From: the human T2T-CHM13v2.0 reference genome, Homo sapiens
Assembly (NCBI GenBank): GCA_009914755.4
Contig: CP068257.2
Coordinates: 15,840,001-15,904,000 of the forward strand
Reading direction: 5' to 3'
DNA: 64,000 nucleotides
The first letter of the stretch is position 1. Each line of letters starts with the position of its first letter. Shown here in pieces: positions 15,850 to 31,714 of this stretch. The position numbers and the translations under genes were made by a program. Below the pieces are notes generated by a model. It searched no databases. It worked only from the letters and a program-made list of their open reading frames with translations, and had not been told where the DNA came from.

Positions 15850-17089
15850 CTACTGTGGAATGGGATAATTTTGCTTTTGTTTCATTGCCAGGAATTAATC
15901 CTGAAAGCGTGAGAAAACATGGCGAAAAGTGGAGTCAAGCACACACCACAATGGCAAAGAAAGGAAGAGACAGCTGTAATACAAATTAAATCAAATGTAA
16001 TCAGAGGGGTCCCTTAGGAAAGGATACTTGTTCTGAAATAGTAAGGATGACTAGGAGATACCCGCTTGAGAAGGTCAAGTATTCCAGGCAAAGGGAACAG
16101 CATCTGCAAAGGAAACAGCCACAGCAGGGACGGGGACATTGAGATGAACTTAGAGAGGCAGGTAAATGCAAACCCTTCAGTTAAGTATTATCTTTATCAT
16201 AAATGCAACTGAAGTCCTTGAATCAATCCCTTCATGAGGAGGAAATGAGGGTGCCACTGGTTTCATTCTAATCAAAGGAAGGGGGACTTATTCTGAATTC
16301 CATCTCTGATTCCCAAAATATCTGGCTAGTGCTTTAATGTTTCCATGACTCTAGTTTCCTTACTTATAACAAGTTTACCTCAATGCTTGTCACCTCCAGT
16401 TTTATAAAGGTATTTTAAGGAACAATGAGTCATAATTGCTGAGTTCTTTGAACTCCTTGGATGAAAGATGTTATACTGCCTATAAACATAAAGCATTGTT
16501 ATTATCTATCAGAAAAAAAGCTGTCCCCAGCCAAAAAGAAACCAGCAAAATACAAAGTATATGAGGCGCCACACACTTCTGTAATATTTAAATTTATAAT
16601 CTGGGTATAAATTAAATGGGTTTGACATTGAGTTAAGCCCAGCATCTTTGATCTATACTGCCCACAGCACTATGCAAACATTGAGTCATCTAATCTGAAA
16701 ATGCTCTGGGGGTGTGTATGTCACAAACACCAGACATTATCATTCTTTCTTTGAATTTTTTTCCTAAAGCACACCACCAAAGCTAGTGTAAAATCTCAGA
16801 AAATGAACACAAATTAGTCGTTATTCTGCTAGTCTTCTTTCTTTTCATTCAAACGCCCAATCAAAAGCATCTCTACACCAAAATACAAACATGATCACAA
16901 AGATAAGGAAAAGCTTAAATAAAACAAGCAAAAGATTTTTATTCCTGGGTAAACATCTTATCTTTTTCTTATTTTTAGTACAGGGCAGGTTTGCTACTTT
17001 GTGAACTGTTTTGGCCTAAGAAGGAAAGTAGAGAAAAAGGACTAGAGATGAGGATACTATAAGAATGGGAACTTTGGCAAAAGAAGTGA

Positions 17090-17437
<348 letters not shown>

Positions 17438-17836
17438 TAGTTCACTCTTTTCTTTCCTTTCACTAATATAGCTTACAGTAGAGATGGAGGGAGGGTGAGA
17501 CACTTAAAACCCAGGGCCAACTTATCCAGGGCCTGTGAAAATGTTTTAATTTCTTTTAAAATCAGAAGAAATAATGATATGATCCAGCCTGAATTAAATT
17601 TGTCTTTATACCAACACTGTTGTAAAAACAATTATTATTATTTTTAATGGTGGCAGGGGTTCACAAAGATGAAAGTACTTAAGGCCCCTGAAAGTCACAA
17701 TGTGGCCCTGGAAATGCCCTATCTTAGATATTTTGAGGAAAACTTGCTGAGGACATCCTTGACTATTTATTTATTCTACCTGGACACTAGAGAATTCCAC
17801 AAAAGCAATTGAATACAATATTTGAGAAGTAATTCA

Positions 17837-18211
<375 letters not shown>

Positions 18212-18315
18212 TTAACTTCTCCATACAGCTTATGTACACGGCATGGGGTATATTCCCCTATTTACAAGGCTATTGAAGAGAGTCATGAACCTCATCTAAG
18301 AATTGGTAATTATAG

Positions 18316-18710
<395 letters not shown>

Positions 18711-18872
18711 CTACAAGCCCTTCCTCATGCTAGTGTCTGATCCGAATTTACATTAACAATATAATCTATAACGTAGCACCAAGAGGGTATTTTAAACATT
18801 TTCCTGGAATAGGAGTGTCCCTAGGATCCTGTCAGAAGCTAATACAAATCCCCTCTCAAGAAAAACACTTAA

Positions 18873-19172
<300 letters not shown>

Positions 19173-19310
19173 TACTTAAAACCCTCAAACAATTCACACA
19201 GATAAAGCTCCATAAACATGAGTTTATAACAAAAAATCATCATAAAACACATGAAATAAGCCTAACATAAGCAAAAATGTACAAAAACAGCAGACAATAA
19301 AATGAGAGCT

Positions 19311-20105
<795 letters not shown>

Positions 20106-20541
20106 TCAGATCATGCAATTATTGCACACATAATATATAAGTATATTTAACATGTTTAAAGAAATGATAACTGGAAGTATGAGTAGGAATAAGCAACCAA
20201 GCAGATATATATTTTTAAAGCTTAAATATTATGAATAAAAATACACAACTTAAATAAAAACTCTTAAGGATAATTGAAAGTAGATTCAACACAACTGAAG
20301 AGCAAAGTTGTTAATAGGTAGATAAAACTGAAAAAAATCACCCAGAATTCAGCTCAGAATATCAAATACATGGAAAATATGAGACAATAAGATATAAAGG
20401 ATAGGATGAGAAGGTATAACACTTATCTAAGTGGCACCCCAGAGGATGACAATAGAGAGATATGGGAAAAGCAACATTGAATAAGAATTTAAATATTGAG
20501 ATTTTTCCAGAATTGAGGGATAACACAGATAGGTATTTTTA

Positions 20542-21039
<498 letters not shown>

Positions 21040-21363
21040 CTATTGAGGACTAAACTCTGATTTTTTTTTTTATCTTTCCCAAATTCTTATCTAAGGGGTC
21101 TGGGGAGTCATGGCCTAGAAATCATAAATTCTCATCAGATGGGTTTTATTTAACCCTATATATAGTGACTTACTTTCCAACCTGACTCTGGCATAACATT
21201 CAGAGACAAGGAAGAAAATCAAAATATTTTACCCCAAAACATGTTTCTTTGCCGTATCTTGAAAGCTGTCCTTTGTGGGGGAAAATTTGCATCTGTAAGG
21301 AATTTCTATTAACATAGCTAGTTCTTCTTCCTCTAGGACCTCCCAATCCTAAAGAGATTAACT

Positions 21364-21977
<614 letters not shown>

Positions 21978-22966
21978 TAAAGATCTGGATAGGAAGCATT
22001 TGTTATCTATTGTCTCTAAGGGCACCCACTATAAGACTTCAAAAGAACCTTGGTCTCCACAATCTCTTATCTTAACCTGAACATTTCCTTTCTGTGATCT
22101 CGCGTCTTTAGATAAACTCAACCAATTGTCAACCAGGAAATGTTTAAATTTTCCTAGAGCCTGGAACCCCGCCCGACTTTGAGTTGCCCCGCCTTTCTGT
22201 ACCAAATTAATGTATTTCTTACATGTATTTGATTGATGTCTCATGCCTCCCTAAAATGCATAAAACCAAGCTGTGCCCCGCCCACCTTCGGCATGTGTTC
22301 TCAGGACCTCCTGAGGGCCATGTCATGGGCCATGGTCACTCATATTTTGCTCAGAATAAATATCTTCAAATATTTTACAGAGTTTGACTATTACTGTCAA
22401 CTATTAAAAAACAAGTCAATGTATAACTTAGAAGGTGGACAGGACAGAAACATTGGATTACACTATAAATTAGGAAAGGGATATGATAGGAGTTAAAACA
22501 GTCTAAGATCTATGATTATTCAGGAAAATAATAAAAATGTTCATTTTCTTTAGACTTTTAAATTTAAATATCCATGGGGGCATTTCATCCCAACTGAGGG
22601 CAGACTTCCGAAAAATAATGAAGAATTAAACACATGCATTTACCGTGATTCTTCCTGAAACCCTTATTAAAACCACATTAATAGAATTTAAAAGGTTTTT
22701 AAAAAAAAAAAAAAAAAAAGCCTGAAGGCAGAAAGACAAAGATAACAGGGTAGAAGACAATATCAACATTTTGGGAACTGGAAGGCAGATAGATGAGAGA
22801 TACTGACTGAACACATTCCAGACAGCTGAATTCTAAACCAGCAGTAGTCAAAGTGAACCTTCCAAGAATTTCAGGATTTTGATGGTATCAGGATATTTGA
22901 GAGTGAAGCGAAGGTGGGGCTAAAAACAGGGAGATTGGCTTAAGTTAGTTTAAAAAGAAGTTAAGC

Positions 22967-23312
<346 letters not shown>

Positions 23313-23346
23313 TTAACCCATAAAGCCAATGTTCCTGGTAATGTAA

Positions 23347-23662
<316 letters not shown>

Positions 23663-23749
23663 GAAATCTTCATTTCTTAAGAACAGCATTATCATTTTTC
23701 AGAAAACAGAAAAATTAGCAGCAGTTTCACATATAATAGAAAGTTTCTT

Positions 23750-24047
23750 GGCCTGGCGCAGTGACTCACGCCTGTAATCCTAGCACTTTGGGAGGCTGAG
23801 GCAGGCAAATCACCTGAGGTCAGGGGTTTGAGACCAGTCTAGCCAACATGACGAAACCCCCATCTCTGCTAGAAATACAAAAATAGCCGGGTGTGGTGGT
23901 GCATGCCTGTAATCCCAGCTACACGTGAGGCTGAGGCAGAATTGCTTGAACCCGGGAGGCGAAGTTGCAGTGAGCCGAGATCATGCCACTGCACTCCAGC
24001 CTGGGTGACAGATGGAGACTCCGTCACAAAAAAAAAAAAAAAAAAAG
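23750..24047 (+). mobile_element. Alu sense.
   Basis: ggcctggcgcagtgactcacgcctgtaatcctagcactttgggaggctgaggcaggcaaatcacctgaggtcaggggtttgagaccagtctagcc... plus A19. Confidence 0.9.
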
Positions 24048-24733
24048 AGAGTTTCTTAATTCACATGTCTTCATATTCCAAGCTGAGAAGAGATGAAAAT
24101 CCTTTAATTCTTAAGTATAAATTAACCTTTGAATATGATTGTAGGATTTTAATAATCTATGGGTGTGTTCATAGATCTATTAGTGCTGAGACATTTTTGT
24201 AAGGATGGATGCTTTATTAACCACAGTTATTTGTGTATCTGTAATTATAGCCTTGATGGAGCAAGGATCATCACCTTTAAGCTGGTTTAGAGGCTATATA
24301 ATGTGGAGTGCTTGGTGCATTACTAAGACAGGGCAATTCACTTAATGGCTGTGCACTATTTCTTAGCTTGGTTTGAAGACAAAAAAGAATAATTTATATG
24401 TTCCAGAATAAATGAGATTATCTTATTATAGCTTCCAGAAGACATAATTTCCAAGCTGACAACAGCCACAAATGCATTTTAAGGTGTCTTTAATATATTT
24501 CACATAACTGCATAATTTTAGCTACTGTTTATGAAATAATTTAGTCACAAACCAAAGTCTAAAAATGACTTCATGTAACTTTTTAAAGAACAATACTTCC
24601 CCAAATAAGATCGACTGCTTCTTTCAAGATTATTTAAATCTTAGAATGGTACATTTTAAAAAAATCTGTGTTCAGTAATCTAAAGCAGCAGAAAAAAATT
24701 GATGTAAAACTTACGTTTTAAAAAACGCATTCT

Positions 24734-25027
24734 GGGCTGGGCACAGTGGCTCACGGCTGTAATCCCAGCACTTTGGGAGGCCAAGGTGGGCGATCACCTG
24801 AGGTCAGGAGATCTAGACCATCCTGGCTAACATGATGAAACCCTGTCTCTACTAAAAATACAAAAATTAGCCGGGTGTGGTGGAGTGCACCTGTAGTCCC
24901 TGCTACTCAGGAGGCTGAGGCAGGAGAATCGCTTGAATCCAGGAGGCCAAGGTTGCAGTGGGCGAGATCACGCCACTGCACTCCAGCCTGGGCGACAGAG
25001 CGAGATCCTGTCCCCCTCTCCCAAAAA
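24734..25027 (+). mobile_element. Alu sense.
   Basis: gggctgggcacagtggctcacggctgtaatcccagcactttgggaggccaaggtgggcgatcacctgaggtcaggagatctagaccatcctggc... Confidence 0.9.
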
Positions 25028-25319
25028 AGCACATTCTGAAAAGATATATTTAAGGTGCAATGATTTGTTGTTGCACAGATACTTAAATTTTATTAACATA
25101 TTGCCATAGAAAATAAGCATTCAATTCAACTTGAGAAATACTTGAGAACCTAGTATGTGCTTTCAGAAGTGACGAAGACAAAAAAAAAATGTGCTTTTTC
25201 AGCCTTCTAGAAGTATTTAGAACAAGAAAAGTGATTAATAGGTATGCAAATGCCTAACACAGAAGGAGGCAAAAGCTAAGAATTAGAAGAAAAAGTACCA
25301 GGAAAGGGATTAAGATAAA

Positions 25320-25520
25320 AATCCTTTTGGGTAGTTGTTGTTCCTCTTCCTCCTCCTCCTCCTTCCTCCTCCCTTCGTCCTCCCGGTCCTCCTCCCTCCT
25401 CCTCCTAAATCCTTTCGGGTAATTCCTCCCCCCCCCCTCCTCCTCCTAAATCCTTTTGGGTAATTCTTCCTCCTCCTCCTCCTCCTTTTCTTCTTCTTTC
25501 TGCTTCCTTCTCCTTCTTGG
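25320..25520. repeat. CT-rich polypyrimidine tract of about 200 bp with (TCC)n/(CCTCCT)n units. Contains three copies of the motif taaatcctttYgggtaattc. Directly abuts a 5'-deleted antisense Alu.
   Basis: tcctcttcctcctcctcctccttcctcctcccttcgtcctcccggtcctcctccctcctcctcctaaatcctttcgggtaattcctccccccccctcctcctcctaaatccttttgggtaattcttcctcctcctcctcc... Confidence 0.85.
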
Positions 25521-25524
25521 ATCA

Positions 25525-25815
25525 AGGCTCTCTGCAACCTCTGCCTCCTGGGCTCACTTTATTAGCTCCACTTACTGAGATCCTGCTTACCGGGTTCCTG
25601 CACATAGTAAGTGGAAGATAACAAAACTAATATTGGATAATATTTGTCCTCCTACCTCAGCCTCCGGAGTAGCTGGGACTACAGGCACTGCGCGCCATCA
25701 CATCCGGCTCATTTTTTATTTTTAGTAGATATGGGGGGTCTTGCCATGTTGCCCAGGCTGGTCTCGAACGCCTGGGCTCAGGCGATCGTCCACCTCTGCC
25801 TCCCAACATGCTGGG
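25525..25815 (-). mobile_element. Alu-like antisense segment. Its left end and tail are missing, and it carries a foreign insert of about 90 bp (25557-25647) related to the palindromic element at 26883-27030.
   Basis: ggctctctgcaacctctgcctcctgggctcac | tttattagctccacttactgagatcctgcttaccgggttcctgcacatagtaagtggaagataacaaaactaatattggataatatttgt | cctcctacctcagcctccggagtagctgggactacagg...gtcttgccatgttgcccaggctggtctcgaacgcctgggctcagg... Confidence 0.7.
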
Positions 25816-26015
25816 AGTTCGAGACCAGCCTGGCCCATATGGTGAAACCCCGTCTCTACTAAAAATACAAAAATTAGCCGGGCGTGGTGGCGCGCGCCTG
25901 TAGTCCCAGGTACTCGGGAAGCTGAAGCAGAAGAATCGCTTGAACCTTGGAGGCGGAGGTTGCAGTGAGCCGAGATGGGGTCACTGAACTCCAGCCTGGG
26001 CGACAGAGCGAGTAT
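25816..26015 (+). mobile_element. Alu sense, 5'-truncated fragment immediately adjoining the antisense Alu-like segment.
   Basis: gttcgagaccagcctggcccatatggtgaaaccccgtctctactaaaaatacaaaaattagccgggcgtggtggcgcgcgcctgtagtcccaggtactcgggaagctgaagcagaagaatcgcttgaacc...ccagcctgggcgacagagcgag. Confidence 0.8.
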
Positions 26016-26398
26016 AGAAAAGTTCTCGTAGAACACTGTTAAACAGATGAACAACTTCAATACTTGCTCTTCTCTGCTTGATTTCATTTAGTGTGGTGAG
26101 TAAAAATTTAAATTCCAAATATTATTTACACGCAATTATATCCAGTAGAATTCCTGTTTGCTCAAATGGGAAGTCCCTAGCCGTTACTCATGTTGTCTTA
26201 CGTCTGTATTGAACTCTTATTAGTTTGTAAAAGCTTTGGCAGAACTTTACAATCAGATGGTATGATTTTGCAAAGCCACTTCCTCTTACTACCACTGGTC
26301 ATCTGTCATTTATTGGGCTGCCGTAAAGCAGGATTCCCCTTAAATCAAATTAAATTGGAATCACTTGAGTAAGGCTCAGGTACTAGTATATATATACT

Positions 26399-26419
26399 AG
26401 ATAGATAGATAGATAGATA
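26399..26419. repeat. (GATA)5 tetranucleotide microsatellite at the A-tail end of the adjacent Alu.
   Basis: atagatagatagatagatat. Confidence 0.9.
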
Positions 26420-26420
26420 T

Positions 26421-26715
26421 ATTTTTTTTTTTTTGAGACGGAGTCTCGCTGTGTCGCCCAGGCTGGAGTGCAGTGGCGCAATCTCGGCTCACTGCAAGCT
26501 CCCCCTCCCGGGGTTCACGCCATTCTCCTGCCTCAGCCTCCCGAGTCGCTGGGACTACAGGCGCCTGCAACCACGCCTGGCTAATTTTTTGTATTTTTAG
26601 TAGAGACAGGGTTTCACCGTGTTAGCCAGGATGGTCTCGATCTCCTGACCTCATGATCCGCCCGCCTGGGCCCCCAAAGTGCTGGGATTACAGGCGTGAG
26701 TCACCGCGCCCAGCC
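26421..26715 (-). mobile_element. Alu antisense with TSD aggYactagtat (26378-26389 and 26716-26727).
   Basis: Poly-T then gagacggagtctcgctgtgtcgcccaggctggagtgcagtggcgcaatctcggctcactgcaagctccccc...gcgtgagtcaccgcgcccagcc. Confidence 0.9.
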
Positions 26716-26882
26716 AGGCACTAGTATTTTTAAAACATTCTCCAAGTAATTTTCATGTGCAGCCAGAATTGCAACTCACCAGGCTAAACTGCAGTTGCGC
26801 AATTCTGGTCTTCTTGATACCTGATTTCTTTGCCCCTTCTCTTTTCTGGTTCAATGCATAATAAGAATTTTCCAATATTAGT

Positions 26883-27030
26883 TTTATTAGCTTCCACTTA
26901 CTGAATTCTGCTTACGGGGGTTCCTGCTTAGTCTAGATAGTAAGCAGGAACTTACAAACTATGTAAGCTTATAGACTACATAAGCAGGAACCCTGTAAGC
27001 AAGAACTCAGTAAGTGGAAGCTAATTAAAA
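26883..27030. repeat. Unclassified palindromic (hairpin) element about 0.6 kb upstream of the CXADR CpG island. It has roughly 48-bp inverted arms, a loop of about 50 bp and an internal direct repeat taagcaggaac (x2). Related copies sit at 25557-25647 and 27352-27412.
   Basis: Left arm ttttattagcttccacttactgaattctgcttacgggggttcctgcttag (26883-26932). Right arm taagcaggaaccctgtaagcaagaactcagtaagtggaagctaattaaaa (26981-27030) is about 85% its reverse complement. Confidence 0.6.
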
Positions 27031-27529
27031 CTACGTGCCAGGCAGGGTGCCAAGCATTTTTTGTGCATTATCTCATTTAACTTTCATAGCAACCCCGAAG
27101 TAGGTGCCATTTCTATGAAACCTGCCCAGTTACTGCCCCACTCCGCGGAATAAGCTCTTACCCACCGCTCCTCTTCTTCAATTCATTTCTGTTATGGAAC
27201 TGTCGCGGCACTACAAAGTCTCTATGTAGTTATAAATAAACGTTATCTGGAAGAGCAGCCGACAACAACTTTCAAGATCTCCAATTCCCCGACCCCACAC
27301 TCCAACTGACGCCTTCAACCACAACTACTGAGCCCCACTTTCAAAGCTCACTCACTAATATTGGATAATAGTTGTCTGCCTACCTCAGCCTCCGGAGTAG
27401 CTGGGACTATAGCGTCTTACTAGCCAGCTTCAGGGCTAGAATAGCCTTTCTGTGCAAGTGGAAAAAACCTCAGGTATTTCCCAAATCGGTAGCTGCAGAG
27501 GGGCTCTATCCCTACCAGAGATGGAGAAA

Positions 27530-28820
27530 AGCCCTCTCGCGCTTTTTATGTCAGCCAGAGCGGCTCGTTAAGAGAGCGAAGGCCAGGGGCTGCACAGGTC
27601 GCATCCCGTGAGCATGAGGTCAGAGAACCTGCCCCTGGGGCAAACCGCGAGGGGTGGGACGGGTGGGTGCAGGCGGGGCGGAGGGTAGGAGCCGCCCTAG
27701 TGGCGGCCCCTGGGAGTGTCCCGTGCCTCGCCTTAAAGGAGGGCGCCAACGCAATTTCAGTATGTGGGAGACGGGCTGCCCCACCCCCGCGCGCAAAACC
27801 CTGGTTTAGCTTAAGGGATGGAGGCGGGGACCCCTGCGCAGGCTTGCGGCGTGGGAGGCGGCCGCCCGCGACCTACGACGCCGCGCGCCGGGAGGCTGAG
27901 AGTTCGGCGCCGGGAGGGTCCCGGGGACAGAAGAGCGCCTCGCCCGGTTGCCAAGGCAACCCCACGCGGCTGGAGAAGCCGGCGCTCGCAGCCCGGCCCG
28001 GGCCGCTGCCGGAAGTGACGCGAGTTCACCTGCCGAGCGGGGGCTGGGAGGAGGGGCGGAGGGTGCAGAGGTGCCGCCGCCGCCGCGAGCCAGTCGGGAG
28101 CGCGCGAGGCGCGGGGAGCCTGGGACCAGGAGCGAGAGCCGCCTACCTGCAGCCGCCGCCCACGGCACGGCAGCCACCATGGCGCTCCTGCTGTGCTTCG
28201 TGCTCCTGTGCGGAGTAGTGGGTGAGTAGGGGCCATGGGGTCCTCAGCACCCGCCCAGCCCGGGGGCGCTCGCTGCGCGCGGCCACCCAGGAACAATGGG
28301 GCGTGGGGGAGGGGGCGGGCGCGATTTGGGGGCGCTGCTGCAGGGGCGGCGGGGCGGGCAGAATTGCACAGGGGCGCTTTTGCTGGGCCGGGCGCTCCTG
28401 GAGCCGTCCCGTAGGGAGCCGCGCAGGGCGCGCGGAGTGCCCGGGGACGGAGCCCTCGGCGGGGGGTGGAGGCGGAGGGGCTCGGGCGCGGCGTGTCGGG
28501 TGCGCCTCGCAGCTCTCCCATAGCATTCTCTGCCCCGGTGCGGGCTTGCCTTTCTTTGCTCTCGCCGTCTCCCTTGTCAGCCTTCGTGTCGGTTCTCTCC
28601 AGCGTTACCCGATTTCAAAAACCTTGGGCGGCGAGTTTTCAGGTGTCGAGTCGCCCAGGCGGGGAGGCTGAATTGCAAACGCCATTATTCAATGGACATG
28701 GAGCTGCCCGGTGCCTCGGATCGGCCAGGCTACCTCTAGGAAAGAGGCGCTGAGCGAACGCCAGCCTGGACGGTGTTAGTCTCCTGGAAGCAGCTCGCCC
28801 AGGCAGGAGCTGCTAACCAG
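27530..28820 (+). promoter_or_regulatory. CXADR: CpG island / TATA-less promoter and 5'UTR region of CXADR. It spans exon 1 and the start of intron 1. GC boxes (GGGGCGG) lie at about 27673-27682 and 28051-28061.
   Basis: Very high G+C and CpG density starts near 27530 and ends near 28820. It lies immediately upstream of, and includes, the ATG at 28179. Sp1-like GC boxes are present. The exact TSS cannot be determined from sequence alone. Confidence 0.8.
28179..28221 (+). CDS. CXADR: CXADR coding exon 1: ATG GCG CTC CTG CTG TGC TTC GTG CTC CTG TGC GGA GTA GTG G = MALLLCFVLLCGVV plus the first base of Asp15. Signal-peptide exon, ends in phase 1.
   Basis: Kozak gccaccATGG. Hydrophobic signal peptide identical to the CXADR N-terminus. 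GTGAGT splice donor at 28222-28227. Continues in frame with exon 2 to give ...[17 protein letters not shown]... Confidence 0.93.
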
Positions 28821-29636
28821 ACGCGCATTGTGAAGGAGACCGTGGAAAATCAAAAGTGGGTTCCTGCAAAAATGTAGCATTGGTTTCTGCAGTCCTTGGG
28901 CGAAGTGCAAAGGAGAATTCAGTGACCTCGTTTTTGAGTTTGTAATGAGTCGTTCATTTTGGAGATAAGACGGGCTGAGTTGTACAGGGTAATTGCTAGA
29001 GGATTTGCCAAGTGCGTTTGTCGACTGCTCCTTTCTCTGGGAGGGGAAAAAAGGCATGTGAAAAATGCGTGGACCATTAGGAGGCGTAATCATTTTGACA
29101 CTTTAAAAAACGGATTTTCCATGTCGGTGTTTTAACCAACTGATCTTGTTTGTCAAACTAAGCACTTGCTGCGTTTTATAACCAAATAATTCATTTTTAA
29201 AAATCCGTAGGTGGGATCCTAGGAGGCGCACTTAGTATAGCCTCTGGAAGGGTAATTTTTTGTTGTTAGGTGCTCTGAAGCAGGATCTAGTGGCCCTTTC
29301 TGTTGGGATGGCTCTCTGCTTCCTGTTGAAATGTTAATTCCATTGTTGGATGCCACAGCTGTGAGCATTACTCATGGGATCAACATTCTATTAGCAAGTC
29401 TAATCTTCGATCTGAGCCTATAGCACTACCTCCACCTTTTTGATATATATCATTTAGACTTGGCGGGCTGAAATGTCCAAAGTAAGCCTTCCGGAGAAGA
29501 TGAAGGGTCATAGAACCAGTTTACAGGTACATTCCCACCTTTCTTTCTTTTTTTTCTTTTTTTTGTCTAGGCCGAACCTGAAGATGAAGTTGAGAACACA
29601 GTGTGTTCTCTGGGAAAAAAAAAAAAATAGTTTTAG

Positions 29637-30008
<372 letters not shown>

Positions 30009-30202
30009 TAATTGGATTTAATTTTTTTTTTTTGGAATGCCTCACTTTGATAGGCACAATTCTAAGAAATAATATTTTGATGCAGAGAGTCATTGTGCTC
30101 ATAAGGTATACACGGGTACAGTGAACATCTACTCGAAGGGCCAGTGTCTCAGCTAAACAAGGCAACTATCTTTATTCCAGTTTTTCAGTTTAAGAAACAG
30201 CT

Positions 30203-30510
30203 GAGGCCAGGCACGGTGCTTGTAATCCCAGCAATTTGGGAGGTTGAGACGGGAGGGTCATTTGAGTGTAGGAGTTTGAGACCAGCCTGGGCAACATGGC
30301 GAGACCGCATTTCTACAAAAAATACAACAAAATAAAACCCAAAAAGAACTAGCTAGGTGCAGTGATGCTTGTCATAGTCCCAGCTACGCGGGAGGCTGAG
30401 ATGGGAGGATTGCCGGAGCCTGGGAGGTCTAAGCTCATGAGGTCTAAGATCATGACGCTGCTCTCGAGCCTGGGCGACAGAGTGAGACTCTGTCTCAAAA
30501 AAAAAAAGAA
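30203..30510 (+). mobile_element. Alu (old, J-like) sense.
   Basis: gaggccaggcacggtgcttgtaatcccagcaatttgggaggttgagacgggagggtcatttgagtgtaggagtttgagaccagcctgggcaacatggcgagacc...gagactctgtctc plus A tail. Confidence 0.85.
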
Positions 30511-30577
30511 GACATACTAATTGATGAATGGCTTTATTTCTTCAGATATTTCTGACCATTTAGAAATGCATTGGTAT

Positions 30578-30892
<315 letters not shown>

Positions 30893-31714
30893 TCAAGTTC
30901 ACTGTTAACATGATTGACTCCTACTTTAGCAAAACAAGGGAAAGACTCATTCAGATTATACCGTCAGTGATAGATATTCCTCCAGCTCTGAAACAGTTTT
31001 GTGGTATACTCTGGCTGCAGATGGGACTCCTTTCGATGCATTTTTATTGGCTGCCTACTAGTGAGTCATACTACTAGTAATCAGTAGTAGCAGCAGTAGT
31101 AAGCAGTGGCAGTAGCAGTAGTAGTAAAATTAAACCCTTGATCAGTTATGAAATGCCAGATACTGTTCTAAGGGCTTTACATACCTATATATTCAATCCA
31201 CCAAGCAACCCGAGAGGGTATTTATTATACTTATCCCTGTTGTACAAATAGAGAAACAGAGGCACAGAGTCGTTATATAATTAACTTGTGAAGATCACAG
31301 ATTTGCTCTTGAATCTGTGTTCTCATCACACTATGCTCTTCTGTCCCTACAGCAGCCACTTTCTCTTACTACCACTGGTCATCTGTCATTTATTAAGAAC
31401 CTACTGTTGGTTTGACTGTGTGTCAAATACTGAAGGCTTTTATTATTAGCTCTTTAATGTCATAGTCTTAATTGAATACTTTGAGGCATTGTGAGGACAC
31501 TAGTTTCTCCAGTGCTTGGGTTGACATTGTAAACTAATGTGGCCTAGGGACCTGCAGCGTCAGCATTACTTAGGGATCTTGTTAAAGTTTGGGGTGGTGT
31601 TCTTCAATTGCCAACATGAATGGAACTAAAAAAGTCTGGTCTCCCAACCTCTTGTTAGCTATTTGATGGTGGCCAAGCCTCACTGTGTGTCTGTTGCCTT
31701 ACGTGTCAAGAATG

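Noticed and set aside
25320-26015. Considered calling the CT-hexamer plus antisense-Alu block a truncated SVA retrotransposon.
   Set aside because: The downstream VNTR and SINE-R (HERV-K-derived) modules are absent, and SVAs are usually 5'-truncated, not 3'-truncated. The CT tract is not a clean CCCTCT hexamer. I kept it as a finding with SVA-like architecture as only one hypothesis.
27667-28671. Long ORFs on both strands across the CpG island (27667..28218 + 183 aa, 27811..28521 - 236 aa, 28143..28526 - 127 aa, 28222..28671 + 149 aa).
   Set aside because: They start at non-ATG codons (the ORF track uses alternative starts). They are low-complexity Pro/Arg/Ala/Gly-rich translations of GC-rich DNA where stops are rare. 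One overlaps the genuine CXADR exon 1 in another frame, and none resembles a known protein. These are stop-codon-poor artefacts, not genes.
31070-31130. Imperfect (AGT/AGC)n trinucleotide-like stretch (agtagtagcagcagtagtaagcagtggcagtagcagtagtagta).
   Set aside because: Too short and too interrupted to call a bona fide microsatellite or coding repeat. No ORF context.
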